64,000 bases of DNA from Hypanus sabinus (lineage: Eukaryota): assembly GCF_030144855.1 (NCBI RefSeq), contig NC_082706.1, positions 45,260,001 to 45,324,000 on the forward strand, written 5' to 3'. The notes under the pieces were generated by a model that saw only the letters and a program-made list of their open reading frames with translations, did no database searches and was not told the origin of the DNA. Below, one piece after another: positions 24,301-37,535 of the stretch. How positions within the stretch are numbered: the stretch's first letter is position 1; each line of letters begins with the position of its first letter. A program made the position numbers and the translations under genes.

Positions 24301-25329
24301 AATATCAGGACAGGATTGTCTCTGTTCCACTATTCAATAAATATGACTGATTATTGAACTGATCGTCACTTCCCCCCCCTAATCCCATGCCCACCGATTC
24401 CATTAATATCCAACAAATCAGTAACATCACTAAACACAGGCAATGTCTGAGCCCCCACCATCCCACAAATAAACTCCCTTTCACACGGATCCCAGAGCTG
24501 ACTGCGATATTCCAACCGTCCAGGCACCTTCTGTGCATGGAGAAATAGATCAATGTTTGAGGAGCACGTATGATTTTGGCAAGATATCTCTGTCCTTGAA
24601 CTTGGATCCCCATACAATTAATGCCAATGCAGTGTTTCCCTTCACATGCCCAGCGTACCTGCGTTATTCCCGAAACCTGGGTAAAAGGATGTCTATATTC
24701 AAAACGTCTCATTACTTTACAAAGCAAAATACTTGTCTTCCTGTTTGAAATGATATTGGAGCTGCAGAGTCTGGGCCCATTCACTCAGCCTGTCCCTGTA
24801 CGTTGCACCCACCCCACACCCACCGCCACATGGTCTATGTCCTCCTCATAACCCCGTTTAATCTGCCTCTGTCTCTGACTCCACCATGAGGAGGTAACCT
24901 GGCGGAGATCAGTACAGAGAGCTAGCAGCCATCTGGGAAACCCTTCCAATTTATCCCAACATCACCCCACCCCCACTCTCAAAGGTTTTGAAGTCCGCTC
25001 ACTGTTGTGACGTGGGAAACGCTCTGGTCAGTCCACAGCAGAAAGGGTTACCCAAGTCATCTCTAAGTAGAGGGATGAATACTGGCCTCAGTCCCCCACC
25101 CCTTGGCTGAAGGGAACCAAATGCCTTCTTCCCAACAGTGTTGAACTTTCAGAGGTTCCTTCAAAGCACCTTACCTCTCCTCCCACAGTGCAGTTCTCCC
25201 TCCTCACCTCCCCTCCCGCAGCACAGTGCTTCCGTCTCACCTCACCTCTCACCACGCGGAACTCCCTCACCTACCTCAGAAGGTGAAATGCTCCCTCCTC
25301 TTTCAATAATTTTTAATAGTCTCTGCATA

Positions 25330-25690
25330 ACTGAATACAGAGTACAAGAAAATACATATTATGAGTCAAAAGAAAATACAAAATAGTACCAAATGCCTTC
25401 CATTAAAAATACAGTTACAATCACAAAACCCTGTATTCATAAAAATTAAATCATAATATTGAAATATAATAATTTTGTTATACGGAAAAAATATCTAAAC
25501 CCACTAGCAAAGTCAGAGCTGTTAGGAAAAGCAAGAAAAAGGGGGAAAAACCCTTATCAAATAATAAAATATATTATTAGCCACCATCTGTACTTTACAA
25601 CAAATCAACGGTTTTGAAAATAACTCAAAAATAGTCCCCACAATGTATAAACGTTTTGGCTAGATTGACAAACTGAACATTGGATCTTCC
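25330..25690 (-). mobile_element. Probable L1 3' end
   Basis: Minus-strand ORF2-end-like TLWGLF..YFQNR* followed by a T-rich UTR. Confidence 0.5.
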
Positions 25691-26228
25691 CCTTCCTCAT
25701 TTCGTTCCCACAGCGCGGTGCTCCTTCCTCACCTCCCATCCCACAATGAGATTCCCCCTCCTCCCCACCCCATTCATAGCGCAGTGCTCCCTTCTCCTTT
25801 TCCCTTTTCCATGATCCATCATTAACAATAGCTGAAGAAATTCTGTTTTATAAATGCCCAGCTTTCATTCTTCGGTTACGAGTGCAATACCTCGTTCTCT
25901 TTCCGTGTCCCTCAATGCCAACAGCACCGTCTTTTTCACTACTGCTTATTCAATCGGAGAATAGTTAGTCAAACTGGAAGGTAAGTTGCCTTTTCAGCGT
26001 AACGGATCTCAGTGAGAATGTCAAACCTTTGCTATTTTTCGATGTTGTACTGCCGAATGTCACTGATCTTGGTCAGAAGGAGATCTCCAGATGTCGATTC
26101 CAACGTGGTGTAACTCGGCGACCCACTCCTGAGCTCCACAACTTCTTCCCACAGCCGCTTGATCGAATATCTCTCGCCCCCCTCGCCCCCCGGAAATGGC
26201 TACCTCCCCTTCCGCAGCACAGCCCTGC

Positions 26229-29200
26229 CCCTCACACAGTGTGACACTCACTCCACACCTCCCCTCACACAGTGTGACACTCACTCCACACCTCCCCTCA
26301 CACAGTGTGGCACTCACCCCACACCACCCCTCACACAGTGTGACACTCACTCCACACTCCTCTCACACGGTGTGGCACTCACTCCACACCTCCCCTCACA
26401 CATTGTGACACTAACTCCACACCTCCCCTCACACAGTGTGACACTCACTCCACACCTCCTCTCACACAGTGAGACACTCACTCCACACCACCCCTCACAC
26501 AGTGTGACACTCACTCCACACCTCCCCTCACACAGTGTGACACTCACTCCACACCTCCTCTCACACAGTGTGACACTCACTCCACACCACCCCTCACACA
26601 GTGTGACACTCACTCCACACCTCCTCTCACACAGTGTGACACTCACTCCACACCTCCCCTCACACAGTGTGACACTCACTCCACACCTCCTCTCACACAG
26701 TGCGGGACTCACCCCACACCTCCCCTCACACATTGTGACACTAACTCCACACCTCCCCTCACACAGTGTGACACTCACTCCACACCTCCCCTCACACAGT
26801 GTGACACTCACCCCACACCTCCCCTCACACAGTGTGACACTCACCCCACACCTCCCCTCACACAGTGTGGCACTCACCCCACACCTCCTCTCACACAGTG
26901 TGACACTCACTCCACACCTCCCCTCACACATTGTGACACTAACTCCACACCTCCCCTCACACAGTGTGACACTCACTCCACACCTCCCCTCACACAGTGT
27001 GACACTCACTCCACACCTCCCCTCACACGGTGTGGCACTCACTCCACACCTCCCCTCACACGGTGTGGCACTCACCCCACACCTCCCCTCACACAGTGTG
27101 ACACTCACTCCACACCTCCCCTCACACAGTGTGACACTCACTCCACACCTCCCCTCACACGGTGTGGCACTCACCCCACACCTCCTCTCACACGGTGTGG
27201 CACTCACTCCACACCTCCCCTCACACAGTGTGACACTCACTCCACACCTCCCCTCACACAGTGTGGCACTCACTCCACACCTCCCCTCACACAGTGTGAC
27301 ACTCACCCCACACCTCCTCTCACACAGTGTGACACTCACTCCACACCTCCCCTCACACAGTGTGGCACTCACTCCACACATCCCCTCACACAGTGTGACA
27401 CTCACTCCACATCACCCCTCACACAGTGTGACACTCACCCCACACCTCCCCTCACACAGTGTGACACTCACTCCACACCTCCCCTCTCACAGTGTGACAC
27501 TCACTCCACACCTCCTCTCACACAGTGTGACACTCACTCCACACCTCCTCTCACACAGGGTGATACTCACTCCACATCACCCCTCACACAGTGTGACACT
27601 CACTCCACACCTCCTCTCACACAGTGTGGCACTCACCCCACACCTCCCCTCACACAGTGTGACACTCACTCCACACCTCCTCTCACACAGTGTGACACTC
27701 ACTCCACACCTCCTCTCACACAGTGTGGCACTCACCCCACACCTCCCCTCACACAGTGTGGCACTCACTCCACATCACCCCTCACACAGTGTGACACTCA
27801 CTCCACACCTCCCCTCACACAGTGTGGGACTCACTCCACACTTCCCCTCACACAGTGTGACACTCACTCCACACCTCCCCTCGCACAGTGTGACACTCAC
27901 TCCACACCACCCCTCGCACAGTGTGACACTCACTCCACACCTCCCCTCACACAGTGTGGCACACACTCCACACCTCCCCTCACACAGTGTGACACTCACT
28001 CCACACCACCCCTCACACAGTGTGGGACTCACTCCACACCTCCCCTCGCACAGTGTGGGACTCACTCCACACCTCCCCTCGCACAGAGTGACACTCACTC
28101 CACACCACCCCTCACACAGTGTGGGACTCACTCCACACCTCCCCTCGCACAGTGTGGGACTCACTCCACACCTCCCCTCGCACAGTGTGTCACTCACTCC
28201 ACACCACCCCTCACACAGGGTGGGACTCACTCCACACCTCCCCTCACACAGTGTGACACTCACTCCACACCAGCCCTCACACAGTGAGACACTCACTCCA
28301 CACCTCCCCTCACACAGTGTGACACTCACTCCACACCTCCCCTCACACAGTGTGACACTCACTCCACACCTCCCCTCGCACAGTGTGACACTCACTCCAC
28401 ACCAGCCCTCACACAGTGAGACACTCACTCCACACCACCCCTCACACAGGGTGGGACTCACTCCACACCTCCCCTCACACAGTGTGACACTCACTCCACA
28501 CCAGCCCTCACACAGTGAGACACTCACTCCACACCTCCCCTCACACAGTGTGACACTCACTCCACACCTCCCCTCACACAGTGTGACACTCACTCCACAC
28601 CTCCCCTCGCACAGTGTGACACTCACTCCACACCAGCCCTCACACAGTGTGACACTCACTCCACACCTCCCCTCACACAGTGTGACACTCACTCCACACC
28701 TCCCCTCGCACAGTGTGACACTCACTCCACACCAGCCCTCACACAGTGAGACACTCACTCCACACCTCCCCTCACACAGTGTGACACTCACTCCACACCT
28801 CCCCTCACACAGTGTGACACACACTCCACACCTCCCCTCACACAGTGTGACACTCACTCCACACCTCCCCCAGTGTGACACTCACTCCACACCACCCCTC
28901 ACACAGTGTGGGACTCACTCCACACCTCCCCTCGCACAGTGTGGGACTCACTCCACACCTCCCCTCGCACAGTGTGACACTCACTCCACACCAGCCCTCA
29001 CACAGTCTGACACTCACTCCACACCTCCTCTCACAGTGTGACACTCACTCCACAGCTCCCCTCACACAGTGTGGCACTCACTCCACACCTCCCCTCACAT
29101 AGTGTGGCACTCACTCCACACCACCCCTCACACAGTGTGACACTCACTCCACACCTCCTCTCACACAGTGTGACACTCACTCCACACCTCCCCTCACACA

Positions 29201-29790
29201 GTGTGACACTCACTCCACACCTCCACTCACACAGTGTGGTGCTCACTCCACACCACCCCTCACACAGTGTGGCACTCACTCCACACCTCCCCTCACACAG
29301 TGTGACACTCACTCCACACCTCCCCTCACACAATGTGGCACACACTCTACACCTCCCCTCACACAGTGAGACACTCACTCCATACCTCCCCTCACACAGT
29401 GAGACACTCACTCCATACCCCCCCTCACACAGTGTGGGACACTCCACACCTCCCCTCACACAGTGAGACACTCAATCCATACCCCCCCCTCACACAGTGT
29501 GGGACACTCCACACCTCCCCTCACACAGTGTGGCACTCACTCCACACCTCCACTCACACAGTGTGACACTCACTCCACACCTCCCCTCACACAGTGAGAC
29601 ACTCACTCCATACCCCCCCTCACACAGTGTGGGTCACTCCACACCTCCCCTCACACAGTGTGGCACTCACTCCACACCTCCCCTCACACAGTGTGGGACT
29701 CACTCCACACCTCTCCTCACACAGTGTGGTACTCACTCCACACCAACCCTCACACCGTGCTGTGATCTCTCTTCACCTCCCCTCACACAC
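26229..29790. repeat. 33-bp minisatellite, ~105-108 copies (CTCACACAGTGTGACACTCACTCCACACCTCCC)
   Basis: Read directly; explains the SHSVTLTPHLP and CEGRCGVSVTL ORFs. Confidence 0.98.
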
Positions 29791-30029
29791 CATGGTGCTC
29801 CCTCCTCACAGTCCCTCTCACACCACGATCCACTCACCTTACAGTCCGCTCACACAACACTGTGCTTCGTCCTCCCCACCCTTTCCACAACGTGGTGCAC
29901 CCTCTTCACCACAACCCACATTGTACTACCCCCTCAACAGTTCCCCCATCCCGTGCAGCATTCAGTGACTGATTCTGTCTTCTCACTGCACACCCTGTGC
30001 TTCCCACCCCTGAATAGAAGCAATGTGAT

Positions 30030-30035
30030 TTTATT
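30030..30035 (-). terminator. Candidate poly(A) signal of locus A
   Basis: AATAAA on the minus strand ~213 nt after the stop codon. Confidence 0.55.
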
Positions 30036-30247
30036 TGTCTGAGTTAACGAGTCTCTAGTTTCTGCTAATATGAATGAACATGATGAGAATATAGTTGGTA
30101 TCCCGGGTCTGTGGGACCCAGTGCTTTGTGGGATCCTGCTCTGTCATTGGTTGCAAATTTCCCTATATCATTGGCCTTCTTACCAAGAACCAGTAGGCTC
30201 TCTACACCCCCCACCCCGAACCCCCTGCCCACTAGCACTCTGACCCC

Positions 30248-30436
30248 TCAGGCTGGCCCGATTGATTGGAAGTGCAGCTCTGAGTATATGACCGTCTCCC
30301 CACTGCGAGCAGGGCCCCCACCACCGTGCAGGTCCCGCAGGTTGGCGTACACTGGGTTACACGCCTCCCCCTCTCCAACGGACGTTCCTGGTGAAACTTC
30401 CAGTGGGATCTGGCTCGTCCTCTGCCTCTCCGTGTC
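30248..30436 (-). CDS. Siglec-like locus A: terminal cytoplasmic exon with ITIM motifs
   Basis: TTTCTGCCCCAG|GAC; DTERQRTSQIPLEVSPGTSVGEGEACNPVYANLRDLHGGGGPARSGETVIYSELHFQSIGPA*; VIYSEL fits V-x-Y-x-x-L. Not in the ORF track. Confidence 0.85.
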   Translation of the reverse strand, partial: DTERQRTSQIPLEVSPGTSVGEGEACNPVYANLRDLHGGGGPARSGETVIYSELHFQSIGPA

Positions 30437-31193
30437 CTGGGGCAGAAATAAAAGTAAATCTCAATTCTTCATCAAACAGCATTGAACTGCTCACTCCCCA
30501 TCACAAAACTAATTCCACAACCTCTGGATTTACTTCCAAGGACTCTACAACTCAGGCTCTCAATATTTATTACTTATTTGTGTATTGTTACTTTTAATTT
30601 TGTATTTGCAGAGTGTTATCTTTTGCTCATTATCTGTTTGCATCAATGATGTGTGGAGATTTAATTGCTTCTGTTTTGTTTTTTAGTTTTTATTATGAAT
30701 GCCCGTAAGAAAATAATTCTCAGGATAGAATGTGGTGACATGTATGCACTTTGATAATAAATCTACTTTAAACTTTGAACACTGAGGACAAAGATATTAA
30801 AATGCTGTGAACACTGGCTAGTGAATAACAGGTTGGAACCCTGCTGTGGGCACAGTCCTCTTGTTCTTTCCCCTCCCCTCCCTCATTTCTTCTCAGTTAC
30901 TCTCTCCTCCCAATTCCCTGCAAGTCTCTCAACTTTGTCTATTTACTTCATTTACTCTCTTGTTCCTCCTTTTACTCTCTTTCCACCTCTGCCTCCCTAT
31001 CTCCCTCCTTTCCACTCCCTCCATCTCTCTTTCACACTCCCTCACTTTTGCTCCTTCCCTCCCTCTCATTCATTCATCCATGCTCCTAAACCCCAGACCA
31101 TGGTAATCTGTGAGCAATCCCCCCTCAATGTCCTTCCCGCAGCGCTGTGCTCCCGGTGTCCTGCCCTTTACTGGACTGAGCTCTGACTTGTAC

Positions 31194-31275
31194 CTGAGGT
31201 GCAGTCAAGTGTGCAGTGGAGCTGACGGTCGTGTCCAGGATCTCCAAGGCCTTCTCCTTGGTCCGTGCATCCCAT
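31194..31275 (-). CDS. Siglec-like locus A: first cytoplasmic exon
   Basis: CTGCTGTTCCAG|A TGG..CCT CAG|GTACAA; phase 2 to 0 matches the terminal exon; WDARTKEKALEILDTTVSSTAHLTAPQ. Confidence 0.7.
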
Positions 31276-31563
31276 CTGGAACAGCAGAAGGTTGGACTAG
31301 AGTTACAGAACATCAGTGTCAGCCAAATTGACACCCCAATCTCACCTCACTGTGACATCCAGACCATTTGATACCCTCAGCACCAGTCTGTCCCACCTCC
31401 TCCTTCCCTTCTCCCCTCTTTCCCCACCCACTCCCTTCCCTTCTCCCAACCCTCCTCCTCCCCACTTCCACCTTCCCATCACCTCAATTAACTCTACTCC
31501 ACTCAGAAAGAGAGAGAAATATCTGAAAGTTTAATAGTTTCCTTCTTCGTTTGGACGCCTCAC

Positions 31564-31686
31564 CTGTGGTGCTGACAACCGACCACTGATCAAGGTGTGA
31601 CCACCCAAGCGCTGTGTGACCACGGGATGACAAGGACCAGACTGGAAGGCAGGGAATTCCCAGTCTCCCTCATTGTGCTTTTGGAT
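31564..31686 (-). pseudogene. Siglec-like locus A: candidate frameshifted TM exon
   Basis: Donor CACAG|GTGAGG in phase 2 after QHHR; hydrophobic pieces (WEFPAF, SLVLVI, VVT, ALG, TLISG) spread over three frames; acceptor weak. Confidence 0.4.
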
Positions 31687-31749
31687 CTGGAGCTCTCTTT
31701 GTTTACGTTGGTTTATTTTATGATGTAAGTTATGTATAACATACAGATG

Positions 31750-31915
31750 CCGTGTACGTCCTCCCTGTGACCACATGGATTCCTACGGGTGCTCTAGTTT
31801 CCTCCTACATTCTAAAGATGTACCAGTTAGTAGCTCAATTGGTCTTTGTAAATTGTCCTGTGATCGGCTCAGGTTTGGGATTGAAGGGCCTCTTCCGTGC
31901 TGTGTCTCTAAATAA
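31750..31915 (+). mobile_element. V-SINE fragment
   Basis: GGGTGCTCTAGTTTCCTCCTACATTCTAAAGATG core plus tail; similar piece at 38820-38960. Confidence 0.65.
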
Positions 31916-31970
31916 ATTATTTTGTCATGTCTGTAGTGTACAGTGCTGCTGCTAATTGCCATAACATATA

Positions 31971-33352
31971 CAGTGCCTATAAAAATTATTCACCCCCTCT
32001 TGGATGTTTTCATGTTTTCTTGTTTTACAACATTGAATCACAATGGATTCAATTTGCCTTTTTGACTGAGTAACAGAAAAGGACTCTTTCATGTCAAGAT
32101 TGAAAACAGATCTCTACAAAGTGTTCTAAATTAATTACAAATATAAAACACAAAATAATTGATTGCATAAGTATTGACCCTGTATAATGTGATACACCAG
32201 ATCATGACTGGTCCAGCTTATTGGTTTTCGAAGTCACATAATTAGTTAAGTGGAGATCTGTTTTTGGAGACCTGTGTACAGTCAAGATATTTCAGTTGAT
32301 TGTAGTATACTGTGTCTCTAAAATGTATTCACACCCCCATCCCATAAGTTTTCATGTTTTATTGTTTTCCAACATTGAATCACATGGATTTAATTTGTTT
32401 TTATTGACACTGATCAATACTGTTTTTATTGTCAAGATGAAAACAGATCTCTACAAAATTGCAAATATAAAACACAAAATAACTGATTGCATAAATATTC
32501 ACCCCCCCACTTTATAATGACCACCAAATTATCACTGCTGCAGCCAATTAGTTTCAGCAGTCACATAATTAGTTAAATGGAAACCTGTGTGCTGTCAGGG
32601 TGTTTCAATTGATTGTAGTAAAAATACACCTGTATCTGGAAGGTCCAACTGCTGGTGAGTCAGTATCCTGGCAAAAACTACTCCATGAAGACAAAAGAGC
32701 ACTCCAGACAACTTTGTGACAAGCTTATTGAAAAGCACAAGATAAAAGAAGATGGATAAAAGAACATTTCCATGTCACTGAATATCCTTTGGAGAACAGT
32801 TAAGGTAATCATCCAGAAATGTAAAGGATATGGCAGAGTTGTAAATCTGCCTCAGCAGACCATCCTCAAAAACCTGAGTGACTGTGCAAGAAGGGGACTA
32901 GTGAGGAAGGTCACCAAGAGACCTGTGACAACTCAGGAGGAGTTGCAAGCTTCAGTGGCTGAGATGGGAGAGACTGTGCAAACAACAACTGTTGTCCAGG
33001 TGCTTCACCAGTCCCAGGTTTATGGGAGAGTGGCAAAGAGAAAGTTACCGTTGAAAATCGCTCACATGAAATCTCAGCTAGCATTGGCCAGAAGGCACGT
33101 GGGAGTCTCTGAAGCCAGCTGGAGGAAGGTTCCATGGTAGATTGAACCCAAAGTGAGCTTGGTGGCCATCAGACTAAACGCTATGTTTGACATAACCCCA
33201 AAACCACGCATCAGAAACCACCATCCCTACCATGAAGCATGGTGGTGGCTGCAACATGCTGAGGGGATGCTTCACTGCAGCAAGCCCTGCAAGGCTTGTG
33301 AAGGTAGAGGGTAAAATAAATGCAGTAAAATACAGGAAAATTCTCCTGTTAA
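31971..33352 (+). mobile_element. Tc1 transposon, 3'-truncated, with duplicated 5' subterminal region
   Basis: TA|CAGTGCCTATAAAA TIR; transposase remnants RRGLVRKVTKRP..ELQAS, KHGGGCNMLRGCF. Confidence 0.9.
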
Positions 33353-34240
33353 CCAGGACCCTTGAGATTGTCAAAGATCCTTCCTATCCGTCTCACAATC
33401 TCTTTGACCATCTTTGTCCCCTCCAGCACCCCACCATCAGGCAGGAGGAACTGTAGCATTATGAGAAGGACTGTGAGGATGGGAAACAGATTCTTCCCCA
33501 CCACTGGACCCCCTGACAACACCCAGGTCTCATCACTTATGAAGTGTTGTTAATGCACCTTATGATTAATGTTAATCTTACAAAATATATTTAATTATTT
33601 GTTAATTTATTTGGTAATGTTGTTTTATGTATTCTGTGTGTGTTATATGTACTGTTTTGTATGCCCTGGTCCAGGGAATGTTGTTTCATTTCATGGTGTA
33701 AATGTATACAATTGAAACGACAATAAAACTGAACTTGAATGTTGATCTGGACTTACTTCGGGATGTACCTGGAGATGAAGAACCCAGCCAGTAGCATACT
33801 GAGAATGACACTGCTCGTGAGTAACACAGTGATCCAGACAGCAGAGACCCCACCTGTAACATCAAGCAACATGACAGCTTCAGAATAGTCCACTGTACAA
33901 GTCAAACCCTTTCTCATTTATGGACAGGCTACTGCACAGGATCTCAAAAAAGCTGCAGAAAATTCCAAACTCAGCAGCATCATGGGCACTAGCCTCTTCA
34001 GTACCGAAATCATCTTCAAAAGTTGAAGCCTCACAAAGACGTTGTTATAGACCTGCACCACTCAGGATATGACTTTTTCTCAATGCTTCCATCAAGGAGG
34101 AAGTACATCCTGAAGACACACACTCATGTGTGAGGAAAGCTTTATCCTCACTGGCACTGCCTCATGATTCTTTTCACTTTTTGTTTTGCTCTCTCTTTGC
34201 ACAACTTATTTAATTCAATTTACTTTCTATAAAAATGTAT

Positions 34241-35813
34241 CATGCCTATAAAAAGTATTCATCCTTTATTGTTTTACAACGCTGATTCACTGTGTATTTA
34301 AGTTGGCTTTTTTGACGCTAATCAATAGAAAAAGACTCTTTCATGTCAAAGTGAAAACGGATCTCTGCAAAGAGATATAAAGAAATTGCAAATTCAAAAC
34401 AAAATATTTGATTGCATATTTGTTCACCCCTCTAGAACAATGGCACACCAAATCATCACTGGTGCAGCCAATTGCTTTTAGAAATCACATAATTAGTTAC
34501 ATGGAGATCTGTTTTTGGAGACCTATGTACAGTCAAGGTGCTTTCATTCATTGTGGTAAAAATACACCTGTGCCGGGAATGTCCACCTGCTTGTGAGTCA
34601 GGGTGCTGGCAAAAACTACACCATGAAGTCAAAAGAATGCTCCAAGCAACTCCCTGATAGGGTTATTGAAAAGTACAAGTCAGGAGTAGGATACAATAAA
34701 ATTTCCAAGTCACTGACTATCCCTTGGAGAAGAGTTAAATCAGTCATCGAGAAATGGAAAGAATATTGCACAGCTGTACATCTGCCCGGAGCAGGCTGTC
34801 GTCAAAAAGTGAGTAACCATGAAAGAAGAAGACTAGTGAGGGAGGCCACCAAGAGACCGATGACAACTCTGGAGGAGTTACAAGCTTCAGTGGCTGAGAT
34901 AGGAGAGATTGTGCATACAACATCTGTTGCCCGGGTACTTCACCAGTTTCAGCGTATGGGAGAGTGGCAAACAAAAGGACACTGTTGAAAAGAAACCCAC
35001 ATGAAATCACAGCTAGAGTTTGCTGGAAGGTATGTGGGAGACTCTGAAGTCAGGTAGAAGAAGGTTCTATCGTCTGATGAAACCAAAATTGAACATTTTG
35101 GCCATCAGAGTCAACGCTATGTTTGGTGTAAACCAAACACTGCACGTCATGAGTACGCACCATCCCCACGATGAAACGTGACAGTGACTGCATCACGCTG
35201 TGGGGATGCTTCACTGCAGCAGGCCCTGGTAGGCTTGGAAGGCAGAGGGTAAAATGAATTCAGCAAAGTACAGGGGAATCCTGTTGGAAAACCTGATGCA
35301 GTCTGCTAGAGAACTGGGAATGGGAAAAAAGTTTCTTTTCCAGCAAGACAAAGATTCATGTCCTGTTGTGGCAAAATCACAGTACGGACCTCAATCTAAT
35401 TGAGAATTTATGGCTGGACTGGAAAAAGGCAGTACAATTGCGATCCCTATGAAGTCTGACAGAGCAAGAGCAGTTTTGTAAAGAAGAACAGGGGGAAATT
35501 GCAGTGTTCAGATGTGCAGAGCTGAAAGAGACCGATACACACAGACTCAAGGCTGTAATTGCTGCCAAAGGTGCATCTATTAAATACTGAGTTAAAGGGG
35601 GTGAATACTTATGCAATCAGTTATTTTGTGTTTTATATTTGTAACTAGTATATATGACTTTTCAGAGATCCATTTTCACTTTGACACATAAGTATTTTTC
35701 CGTTGATTCGTGTCAAAAAAGCCAAATTAAATCCACTGTGATTCAATATTGTAAAATAATAAAACATAAAAACTTTTTGGGGGGTTGGGGAGGAATACTT
35801 TTTATAGGCGCTG
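34241..35813 (+). mobile_element. Near full-length Tc1 (1.57 kb), transposase pseudogene
   Basis: TIRs ..GCCTATAAAAAGTATTC / GAATACTTTTTATAGGCGCTG|TA; HTH ORF 34593-34988, SDETKIE, QQD, DLNLIENLW with stops and frameshifts. Confidence 0.92.
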
Positions 35814-36235
35814 TATATAGTTCTCTTTGTAATTTATAGATATTGTACTGTACATTGCCATGTAGTCTTGCTGCAGAACAACATATTAGACATCATGTGC
35901 CGCTGATATTGGACCTGATTCTGCTTCTGATTCTAATGTAATAACCAGGACATTCAGCTTTTCATTGCCAACGTGTTGTGGGAGAGAGAGATCCATGTGT
36001 TTATTCTCACTTTTACTTGGGCTTTGTCCTTTGCACATTGAGAGAAAAACCTAAATTCTTGGATAAAGGTAGTGGGGTCTTAAAGGAGAGTGGAGAGTGT
36101 GATTCCCATTTCACCATCTCAATGTGTTCCTAAGCTTGTGATCTGGTCCCTAGGGAAGCAGGGCAGCAGTCTGTACACAGCAAGATCCCATGACAAGCAA
36201 CGTAACAATGACCATTAGTCATTTGTCAACCTCAC

Positions 36236-36529
36236 CTGTCATCCACTGGGAAACTGCGAACATGACCTCTCCATGTTGGTTTTGGACAGTACAGAAGGCG
36301 GTCACATCCTCCTCTCCCTCGCCCACACCCATCGTCAGCGAGCTAGTCACCAGCTGCCCGTCTGCCACCTGCCACGTCTGGAAACGACCGTGCGTCTGGT
36401 TCCCGCTGAGGTTGGCGAGGGGGAGGTGCCAGGTGAGCTCTCCGGGTGGGTTTGATCTGGCCGCACACACACATGTGATGACATCGGGGGTCCGAGTGCA
36501 TCCTGAGTCCCGAGAAATCTCAGGCTTAT
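36236..36529 (-). CDS. Siglec-like locus A: membrane-proximal Ig exon (intact)
   Basis: TTTCTTCCCAG|AT to ACA G|GTGAGG, 294 nt, phase 1-1; YKPEISRDSGCTRTPDVITCVCAARSNPPGELTW..FCTVQNQHG; C-x8-C-x-C pattern as in MAG and long-Siglec proximal domains. Confidence 0.88.
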
Positions 36530-36699
36530 CTGGGAAGAAAGAAACAGGCAGGAGATGTTGGTAGCACTGATATATTGTAATGGTCCAGTGCTGTTCTGCA
36601 GCATCAGCTGTCCTCTGTTAGACCCCCCTTTCCATTCACTGTAAACTGAGCCTGTCTCCATTTTGATGCGTTGTATCCCCCTCCTCCACATTCAGAGAT

Positions 36700-37402
36700 G
36701 CTCTTCTGCATATCACTGCTGCAACGTGTGATTGTTTGAGTTACTGTCGCCTTCCTGTCAGATTGAACCAGTCTGGCTTTTCTCCTCTGACCTTTCCCAT
36801 TAACAAAGTGCTTTTGCCCACAGAACTGCCACTCACTGGGTTTTATTGTGTTTGTTTTTCACACCATCCTCTGTAAGCTCTAAAGACTATTGTGTGTGAA
36901 AACTCCACACGATCAGCAGTTTCTCCAAACATCAGGCTCTTGAACAGAAGTGGATAGTTATACCCATTTAAGTACTCTGTATATCGCTATTTCATGCTCG
37001 TTATTTATGAAGATTGATTTATATCTGCATTTGCACGGTTTGTTTACAGTTAACAGTTCCTGATCTTTACAATTTACAGTTACGGTTCTACAGATTTCCT
37101 AAGTCTGCCTGCAGAGAAAGAATCTCAGGGTTGTATGTGGTGACGTGTATGTACTCTGATAATAAATCTTACTTTGAACTTTGTACTCAAGTCACCCTGT
37201 CTGGCACCAATGATCACTCCATGGTTAAAGTCACTTAGATCATATTCCCACCCCATTCCAATATTTGGTCTGACAAACAACAGAATCTCTTAACCATGTC
37301 TGCATGCTTTTATGCATTGAGTTGCTGCCACATGATTCGTTGATTAAATATTTGCATAAACGAGCAGGTGTACAGGTATTTAATAGTGTGGCCACTGAGT
37401 GT
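36700..37402 (-). mobile_element. Non-autonomous Tc1-like remnant interrupted by a LINE tail
   Basis: Terminal GTGGCCACTGAGTG; homologous to 23835-24300. Confidence 0.7.
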
Positions 37403-37466
37403 GTATTGTGTATCGAAGGATAAATAGTCCACTGACTTTGCATTTGTACTTAGAGATGTAGCAATG

Positions 37467-37535
37467 CATCCTTCATATTCACCCAAAAATTATTCACGTT
37501 GTTGGGAGAAGTGATTGAGAGATTTTGTGGGGCAT
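37467..37535 (-). pseudogene. Siglec-like locus A: truncated duplicate of the third-Ig exon
   Basis: TTTATTAG|AT GCC; DAPQNLSITSPNNVNNFWVNMKD, then homology stops. Confidence 0.75.

Noticed and set aside
24350-24760. Possible L1 RT or endonuclease fragment
   Set aside because: Motif resemblance is ambiguous on both strands
25830-26225. CpG-rich flank with protein-like minus-strand frame (LLTKISDIRQYNIEK)
   Set aside because: Several stops and no family recognised
26159-29041. 960-aa His/Pro/Thr-rich ORF and Cys-rich antisense ORFs
   Set aside because: Produced by a stop-free 33-bp unit; open on both strands and in several frames, with no unique sequence or splice context
26229-29790. Functional V(D)J recombination signals
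   Set aside because: Heptamers lack nonamers at 12/23 nt and no V/D/J segments are adjacent
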